From Lama glama (taxonomy: Eukaryota), in contig CM052816.1 in NCBI GenBank assembly GCA_028534125.1, positions 14,758,001-14,822,000 of the forward strand: a stretch of DNA of 64,000 nt. The letters run 5' to 3'. Of this stretch, positions 55,501 to 64,000 are shown piece after piece. How positions within the stretch are numbered: position 1 is the first letter of the stretch; each line of letters begins with the position of its first letter. The notes below the pieces were generated by a model. That model was not told the origin of the DNA, did not search any database, and worked only from the letters and a program-made list of their open reading frames with translations. The position numbers and the translations under genes are program-made.

Positions 55501-57469
55501 GGAGACCAGGGGAAATCAAATGGAGACACTTCTCAAGGCAGAGATTGGGAACAGCTGCAGGGCGGGGCCTATGGGGTACAGCCGAGAAAGGAGAGCTTGA
55601 GCAGCAGCTGTTGGGATCAGAAACCAAAAGGAAGACCTGAGAAGGGGTAGTGGTGGGGAGGAGGTACACCTGGGGGGCGGGGATTTCAGAAGACTTCCTT
55701 TTGTGTAAGTAAGGTGACAGGGCTGGCTTGAACTTGAACCTGGTTTACTGAAGAACTCAACACTAAGCCTGCTCTGAACCTGGTGTGCCAGTAGCCAAGA
55801 TGGGCCAGAAAAGCACTTGAGGGCCAGGGTTTGATTGAGTAAGAGGAATTTTCCCTCTCCATCTTCTCCCTCCCACTGACTCATCAGAACAGCAGCAAAG
55901 GAAATCTCCCTGTCATCCTGCGAGGCCTCACCACAGGGCCTTTGCAAGTGCTCTTCCTCCACCTGGAATGCTCTTCCCTCTTTTATCTTCAGCTGGTTAA
56001 TTCACAGCCTCATTTCTTCCTGGATGTCCTCCTGCTCCCTGACCAGGGCAAATCCCTATTCTATGCTCTCACCACCAGGCGCTGCTCTTCCAAGCATTTA
56101 CAGTAGCTGTAATTGGACATTTTTCAGTGATTATTTGGTTACCATTTGTCTCCCTTAATACACTGTCAACTCCCTGAGGGCAGGGATTACATTTATTTTA
56201 TATCTCCTACACCTATAGTAGGTGCTTCCTAATTATTTACTGAATGAATCAAAGAGGGAAGTGGTAGTTGCTGGACTGGGCCGCTAACACTGATTTCATC
56301 TGGGCCACTTTGGAGCTGAACCAGAAATGTCTGTTCCATCCCCCTCAGGGTGACTAAGGAAGGGAGAGTTCCTGAGCTTGCTCTCCCATCTCCCCAAGAG
56401 CTCCCCCATGTTTTTCAGGCCAAGTCTCTCCACTGATGAAAGGGACTTAAGGCAGAGGTAAGGCACCCAATCCAGAGGGCACATCAGAGGAAACTGGGGG
56501 GGCTCCTGCAAGTTCAGCAGGGCGCTCTGCCTCAGGGCCTGGGGAGGAGGTGGGTAAAGGGGACACAAGTTGCCCTGTGCTTCTCATCACCTCAGCTCAC
56601 ATGTCACCTCCCCCTGGAAGCCTTCACCATCCTCCTCCCCCTTTACACTCATGTGACCCTCTTCTCAGAACTTGCTATGATTTGTAACTATATATATATA
56701 TATATTTTTTTTTAAGTGTGATTTGCTGTCAATTTTCTGTCTTCCCTGCTGGCGTGGAAGCCCATGAGTTCAACACTCATGTCTGCTGGTTCACCCTACA
56801 GGCCAGGGTTTAGCCCAGGGCCTGGCACATAGTAGATGCTGAATAAATATTTGTTGAATGAATAAATACATGAACAAATACATGAATGACCTAATGTATG
56901 GGAAGTGGGGAGAAAGGAGACACCTGGAGTCAAAGGAGGGGCCAGGGCAGTCCATGCCATCTGGCTTGCTACCTTCTGGGAACTGCCTGGAGATCTCAAC
57001 ACCAGAGGCAGGACCGCACATGCCTGGGGGCTGGAGTCTCCATCCGACACCCAGGTGTCCCAGGTTTTTGGGGCAGTGAGGGCATCTCTAGCATCTGGGG
57101 AAATGGTAGCAGCAAGGGTCTAAGGAGTGAGGAGGAGGGAAGACAGCCCGGGCTCTGCTCTCCCTCCCTCTCCTGGGCTCCCTGCACTCCCCCAGGCTCC
57201 TGACTTCTCACAGGGAGGCCTGGCCCAGAGCCCAGCCCGCTCTCCCCAGACCCACCACAGGCCCTTCTGCTGAAGTCCTTCCCCCACCCTCCACCCCTCA
57301 GGGGGTTCCTGTCTTAGCAGGAATTCATACCAGATTGAAGCATGCAGCTGGGGCAGCCTGGATAGGAGGGTGTATGGTAGAGAGCAGAGATCAAAGGCTG
57401 TGTGTGTTTGCCTGTGGTGGGGGGCGGAGGGGGGCAGGCATGTGTGTGCTGGCTTGCCCACAAGTGTAA

Positions 57470-57780
57470 AGAAATGAGAGACAAGAGACAGGAGGAACAC
57501 AGAGTAAAAGCAGGATAAAAGAGAGAAAGAAGAGAAAGAGAGGGCAACAGAGAAAGAAACCCAGCGAGGCAGAAAGGGACAAACAAGAGACAGAGAGAGA
57601 GAGACAAGGAGACACAGAGAGGCTGAGAACAGAGGAGAAAGACATAGTGAGAGACAGAAACAAAGAGACTGCAGACAGCAGAACACAAGGACAGTAGGGA
57701 ATGATGAAAGAAGGAGAGAGATCAAGGACAGAGACAGGGAGACAGAGAGGAAAGTAGAAATAGACTGAGACTGAGGAGGA
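57470..57780. repeat. GA-rich low-complexity tract
   Basis: Purine-rich gagacagaga-like repeats on the plus strand. Confidence 0.8.
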
Positions 57781-58609
57781 GCCACATTTATTCATTGATT
57801 CCACATTGATTGAGCGCCTAGCCACAGCAGGCGTGGTGTGAGGCACAGATCAGTGTGACAAGACACAGAGGGTAGAGATACAGCAATAAAGACAGAAACT
57901 GAGATAGAGACGGAGCAAGAGGGGGTGAGGCAGAGATTGCAAACTGAGATGAGACTGAGGCAAGGATGCAGACATTAGAGTGTCAGAGACTAAAGGCCAG
58001 CAGGCTGAGAAGGCAGGACCAAGGGGGCCCAGCGGGCATCCTGGAGGAGGCGCAGGCCGGGGAGAACGTGCCCCCCCTCCAGCTGTGCCATCTCCACTTC
58101 CCCACAGCTGCCTGACCTCCCTCCCCTCAGCCTGGGCTCTTTCCTGACGGCTCTGGTGGAGGCTCTGACTGCTGACAGCACCTCCTCTCGGTCTCCTGTC
58201 CCAGATTTCTCTGCCCAAACCCCAGTCAGGATGGGGCCCGGCCAAACCCGGAGCAGGGGGCCATAGCCAGTAGACAGACACAAGAAGCCTCCTCTTCACC
58301 CAGAGACCACCTTAAGACCATTTTTTCCCCACAGAGCTTCCTTACCCCCGGGAGACAGGAAAATGTTTGAGTGGTAGAGAGAAGGAAGGGGAAGATGTGT
58401 GAATTGAGTTTCCAAAATAGCCAGAGTAGGAGCCTCTTCCCTCTGGGGTTTGTGTACCAGCCCATGATACACCAAAACCTCCCTGAAATCTGGAACAGAG
58501 TGAGGAAGCCATTCGTAGCGAATGCTGAGCCCTCCCCCATCTCCTCCCACACCCATCACTGAGAAAAATGCCGCAGAGAAGAGGGTGGGCTGGAGAGACA
58601 GTCACCTAC

Positions 58610-58668
58610 CCGCTGGTGCCGGGTCTCTGGGCCTGAGAGAAACGCCAGTCCGTGTTGGGTGGGGCTTG
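58610..58668 (-). CDS. PCDHGC5: Protocadherin gamma constant exon 1, 59 bp (shared by the PCDHG isoforms)
   Basis: cag|CAAGCCCCACCCAACACGGACTGGCGTTTCTCTCAGGCCCAGAGACCCGGCACCAGCGG|gtaggt, encoding [19 protein letters not shown]. Confidence 0.96.
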
Positions 58669-60579
58669 CTGTGGAGAAAACAGAGGGAAAGGGGCTGAGT
58701 ACCCAAGTCGGCTAAGGTAAGGGGAGGGTAGGCTCTTCTTCAAATACGAAGTATACCTCAGATCTCAGAGGTCTGAGGCACCAGAGACAGAGACAAAATC
58801 ACATTTATCAGACCATAGTGAGCAAACCAGATTCCTTTGCTAAAGCAACGGCCCCTTCAACCCTGCCCTCAGTCTCAGAACTCTGGAGCCAAGATTCAAG
58901 GGCTGGAAGTGTCTTCTGTGGAACTGGGAGGGGGTTACAGAGGACCCTAAAAGTGGCAGAGGAGGCTTTTAGATGAGGATTCCAGCAGCCCTGGAAAGAA
59001 TTTCATTCAGCTCCTCAGCTGTGAACAAAGCATCTTCTGCAGCAAGATGGCTGCTGCTCGGGGTAACCCTTTTCATGCCAGGTTGTGCCTAACACATTCA
59101 GAGGGACAGCTCCTTCAGATCCTTGGCTCTCAAGGATCCCTTCCCACAGCTAAATACACTATTAATTTAGGAATTATGCCAGACTGAGCCTTTGCAGGGC
59201 ATCCAAACCCCACGTCACCTCTCACCCCCAGAACTCTGTGCCAGACAATGGCTGTGACCCAGGAGGAGAGAACAAGGCTGCTCTGTCTGGGACAGAGAGA
59301 ACTGCTGGGATGGAGCCCAGCAAAGCTCAAGCTCCCACAGCCTTCATGCAGAGCCAACTCAATCTGCAGGGCTCCCAAGAGGCAGATCTCTGGCCACCTC
59401 CCACCTGGATGAAGGTGTGGGGCTCTAAATCGGTCACTTCACTCCCAAGCCCCTCCCAGCTTTCCCAGAGGGTGTGTTATCCCATCACACACTCTCATGG
59501 AGCATTCCTAGAGCCATCTCCTCTCCGTTCTAGGGTGTGCTGGTAATTGATTCTCACACTCAACTCCCAGGAGCAGAGCGGGAGGTGTGAGCATCTCCGA
59601 TTACACTGGGGAGAAGGAAGACTCAGGGCTGCCAAGTGACTCACTCTAAGGTTCACAGGTGGCAGTGATGTGAGCAGAACCCAGAAACTTAGCATCCCAG
59701 GTGCAACAGGAGTCACTAGCACCATTCCTGGGCCGAGGTGGGAAAGGGCACAGGGATGTCTGGTCACTGTATTCTTAGACACAGTAGAATCTACACTGAG
59801 CTGCAGTCACTCTGACAGATTGGAGGAGAAAAGCTGGGCAAACTCACAACCTACCTAAGGACGGCCGGTCTAAGTTTGTTCAGTTAAGTCTGCTCAGGGA
59901 TAAAGAACCCCAAAGGACTTTCCTCCACATGTAAGGTCGTAAAAGGGAAAGAATCACACCTCTGCTCCAACCCAGCAGATGCAAACTATCCCTCCTACCC
60001 TCCAGCTTTACAAGTACCCAGTGACTGAAAGCACGAATTCAGGAGTTGGTCTTGGGTTAGATCTTTCTCTGTCACTCACCCTGTGAACTTGAGCAAGTCA
60101 CTTGATCTCTGTGAAACTCAGTTACAAGGGAGGGATGCTACTAGCTAAACAACAAAAGCATTGCGAAGAACAAATGAGATGTTGTGGTAAGTGTGTAGTA
60201 AGGGTCAATCAGCTATCAGAATCACATGGGGGGCGTTGTTTCAAAATATAATTCTGACTCAGTAGCAACAGAGTGGGGTATAGATATTTTTTGTATAAAG
60301 CTCCCCAGTTGTGGAAACGTGTGCTTTTTACTATTATAGTTTCCCCACTTATCAGGGCACCTTGGCATCTGACAGAGGCTGTGGCTTTCCATCAGCCAGG
60401 GAAAAAAGGACTTGCCAGAGTCTCAGATGCTTTGGGCACCCCTAAAGCCCTGATCCTAGATCGCTGGGAACATTGTGGTTACGACGGAGCCAAAAGCCTA
60501 TCTCTGAGCGCCCAGAGCCCTTGCACTCCAGGCTCCCACTTTCTGAGAGAGGACAGGTTAGTGGTACTGCTCAGGTCCC

Positions 60580-61580
60580 AGGCTGGGCCCCGCCGCGCCG
60601 CGGGTCACAACGGGGTTCGGCCAGCTCCAGCGAGGCTTCTGGGCTGGAGGTGCCGACGCCGTCTGCGCGGAGTCCTTAGCCTAATGGACCGGCCAGCCCG
60701 CGGGTCACAGAGTCCCGCCCGTCCCTAGAGCAGCCCCCATGCTCCCCGCAGTGGGCTCAGGCCAGCCCTGAGGCATTTCGGGGCGGGGATGGGAGGAGCT
60801 CCTTTTGGGACCCTGAGGCGGAGACCACCTGGGATGTCGCCTCCCCGGAGTCAGCAGTGAGGGCCTCCGGGGCCGGCAGCGGCGTGGGAGGGAAGCGGTA
60901 AGGGGGCTGGGACAGCCCGTGCGTGTGCACCTGGCAGTAAATGCGGCGTGCGTGGAAGGCCAAGTGCGACGAGCGTGCGCGCGCGCAGGTGAGGCGTGGG
61001 GAGCCCGTGCGCTGTGCGCGGCTCGTGAGTGTGTTCTGCGCCGAGGGCCCCGCGGGTGCACCTCTGTCCTGCCAACGAATGCGTTGGTTTCCTGTAGGAA
61101 TAAGGAGGGTTGAGAATAAGAGCGCAGTCACACGTCGAGAGAGTGGGAAGAAACCTAAAAAGAAACCTGAAGACCCACGGAATGGGCCGGCTGCAGGTGT
61201 GCACCTCTACCGGGACCCGGACTCCCACCTCAGCGGAAATCGCCGAAATGATCGCCCGACCCCAGCCTTTTCTGGCGTGTGGGGACGGGGTCGGTCTTAC
61301 CCTCACCCCCTGGCCCACAATCACCGTCACCTCCCGGGGCTCAGAGCTCCATCCCTGCCTCGCCCACACCTCTGGAATTGCGCAGTCCAAACAGTCCCGA
61401 CATTCGGGTAGAGCCAGCAGCAGAGCGGTGGCTGCAAGTTCAAAGTCCCTGATGTGGATGGGCGGCTTCTCTGTTGCCACCCCCAGGGGTCATGCCGAGC
61501 CCCTCACCTGGCTCCGCTCGAGCAAAGTGTTAGAGCGGGACCGGAAGGCGTCAGGCTCCGGCGCCAGAGCTGAGGGCTGC
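60580..61580. promoter_or_regulatory. CpG-island-like region just downstream of the PCDHGC5 variable exon
   Basis: Dense CpG, GC boxes (ggggcgggg) and gcgcgcgc runs; judged by eye. Confidence 0.7.
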
Positions 61581-63967
61581 TGGATGCTGAGGGGCCTTAG
61601 AAAAGTGAAGTCACTGCCATCCGAGGCTGGTGAAAAGCACGTCCGGTAGCAATGGCTGTGGGAGTCTGTGGGCCGCAGCGTCACCTCCATGTACTTGAGC
61701 GTGCCGTCTGAGCTCACTTGTAGATTGGGGCTGGACTGCGTGTAGAACTCCCGAGAGGGCGAGTCCTGGCGCCTGCAGCACTGGCCCCCACCCCCATCCC
61801 CATCTGCATGCCCCCGAAGGCACTTAGCTGACAGAAAGGTGAAAGTGACTAAGGATAAGAGGCTGATGGCTGCAAGAGCCACAATGAGGTAAAGCGTAAG
61901 GTCTGAACGCTCAGGAGGGTGAATGAGGAAGTCCCTGGATTTGGGCATTTCCTCAGGGTCCTCATCCTCCAGAATCAGCAGCACTGTGGCTGTAGAGGAG
62001 AGTGAAGGGTCACCATTGTCCCTCACTAGGACCACCACCTGCTGTGTGTCAGAGTCATCCTCCAGTAAAGCCCGGGCTGTTCGAACCTCACCAGTGTGTG
62101 CAGACACCAGGAACAGTCCCGGGGCTGTGGACTGTGGCAACAGTGAATAGGAGAGCCATGCATTGTGGCCTGCATCAGCATCTACGGCTGTCACCTTGGT
62201 GACCAAGGAGCCAGGAGGGGCTGAGCGAGGAAGACGCTGGGGGATTGAGAGTTCCCGGCCGGGTATCGGGTGCAGCACGGCTGGGGCATTATCATTCTGG
62301 TCCAGGACAAACACATGGAGAGATGTGTTAGCGTGCAGTGGGGGAGAACCAGAGTCTCGAACGCCCACCACGATCTGCAGCATCTGCAGTAACTCATAGT
62401 CAAAGGTACGCTGGGCAAAGACCCGCCCGTCCTCAGGGTTGACATATACGAAGGAGGAGGCTGGGGCTCCCCGAATCTGGTTCCCTACAATGGAGTAGGT
62501 GAGGCGGGCATTATCCCCAGTGTCTGGATCAGAGGCAGCCACGGTGCAGAGAAGGGAGCCTGGAGGTCGGTTTTCTGGGATGTAAGCAGTATAGAGCTGC
62601 TGGGTGAAGTAGGGTGCATTGTCGTTAACATCTGAAATGTTGAGTCTGATGGTGAGATGTGCGTGCAAGGGAGGTAAGCCCGCATCGTGGGCCTGCAGCT
62701 CAATGATATAGTGGGATGTGGCCTCACGGTCCAAAGGCTGGCTGGTTAGCAGTGAGTAGTGGTTTTCAGAAGGCTTAATCTGAAATGGGAGGTCCGGAGA
62801 GATATCCAGGCTCACTTCACCATTTCTCCCTGAGTCTCGGTCCCGCACGTTAAACAATCCCACCACTGTGCCCACTGGTGTGCTCTCCAGGACAGGGTTG
62901 ACCAAAGAGGCCAGCAGTACCTCAGGGGCATTGTCATTGGCATCCCCCACATCCACTTGAATCACACAGTGGCCTTCCATGGCTGGCTGTCCCTGGTCAC
63001 GGGCTCTTGCATGAATTTCATAGAAACTTGACTCCTCAAAGTCTATGGGACCAAACACATGGATTGCTCCACTGCTAGGGTCTAGGCCAAAGAGATTCCG
63101 CACTGCCTCAGATGTATGGTCTCCAAAAGAATAGTCTAGTTGGCCATTGGTGCCCTCATCCGGGTCAGTGGCATTGAGGCGGAGCAGCAGTGTACCCATG
63201 GGTGTATTCTCTGGGAGTGCTACACGGAGAACTGAGGACTGGAAGGCTGGAGCATTATCATTGATGTCCAGCACAGTGATAGAGATAAGGGTGGTCCCTG
63301 AGCGGGCTGGGACACCCCCGTCCACAGCAGTGAGCACCAGCTGATGTCTTGCCTGGGCTTCACGGTCCAGCTGCTGCTCGAGCACCAGCTCTGGGAACAG
63401 CTTCCCATCTTTTAGGGTCTTCACATTCAGAGAGAAGTGGCTGCTGGGGCTTAGAGTATAGAAGCTCACAGTATTGGTGCCCACGTCTGGATCCTGGGCA
63501 CTATCCAGTGGGAATCGTGCCCCAAGTGCAGCTGATTCTGAGATGCGTATCTCTCGCTCAGGAGTGGCAAAGCTAGGAGAGTTGTCATTGAGATCCAGGA
63601 TCTCTACCTCTACACGGATTAATTCCAGGGGGTGTTCAGTCACCACCTGTACTGGCAGCAGGCAGCTGGTGCTGGCTCCACACAGTCTCTCTCGGTCAAT
63701 TTTCTGATTTACTGCCAGAGCACCGCTCCTCAAGCTCAGGGAAAAATAGTGCCCATTCTCCTCAGAGCCCAACCGCAGTCGGCGGCTCAACAGATCTGTC
63801 ACCTTTAAGCCGAGATCCTGAGCAACATTCCCCACCAGCGTCCCCGGTTCAGACTCCTCCACCACTGAGTAACGCAGCTGCCCAGACACCCAGCCCCAGC
63901 AGCACAAGGACAACATGCACAGCACTTGCCATTTCCCAGCGAGCTGTGGGGCTGTCTTGGGCCCCAT
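61508..63967 (-). CDS. PCDHGC5: Protocadherin gamma C5 variable exon (signal peptide, six cadherin repeats, TM, variable cytoplasmic region)
   Basis: ORF begins MGPKTAPQLAGKWQVLCMLSLCCWGWVSGQLRYSVVEESEPGTLVGNVAQDLGL and carries repeated DRE/DxNDNxP motifs and TM LYLIVALAAISLLSLVTFTFL. Ends ...LERSQ at a CAG|gtgagg donor; 2460 bp. Confidence 0.95.
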
Positions 63968-64000
63968 GACCCAGAAGTCCATTCCTGGACACTGACTCGG

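Noticed and set aside
57120..57846. Hydrophobic Leu/Ser/Phe-rich ORFs on the minus strand
   Set aside because: They are translations of a CT-rich low-complexity tract.

Overview
Mammalian genomic DNA, probably camelid given two tRNA-derived vic-1-like SINEs. It holds two convergent genes. On the + strand is the 3' part of DIAPH1: ten coding exons from 23437 to 39338 covering the FH2 domain, DAD and stop, with a 3' UTR to about 41120, all preceded by more than 23 kb of a large intron that is repeat-poor for about 6 kb and then LINE/LTR-dense. On the - strand is the end of the clustered protocadherin-gamma locus: the PCDHGC5 variable exon (63967-61508), the three shared constant exons (58668-58610, 50188-50100, 45180-44954) and a 3' UTR to about 43170, giving an intact 944-aa ORF. 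The best non-obvious signals are a U12-type AT-AC intron in DIAPH1, co-oriented CTCF motifs pointing toward the protocadherin cluster (consistent with the known downstream control region), RFX X-boxes in enhancer-like segments, a candidate DIAPH1 micro/cassette exon just before the last exon, an antisense splice donor near an intronic CTCF site, and a MER53 hairpin resembling miR-1302. No clearly novel biological system is demonstrated. Gene and repeat family names come from recalled sequences, not from a database search.
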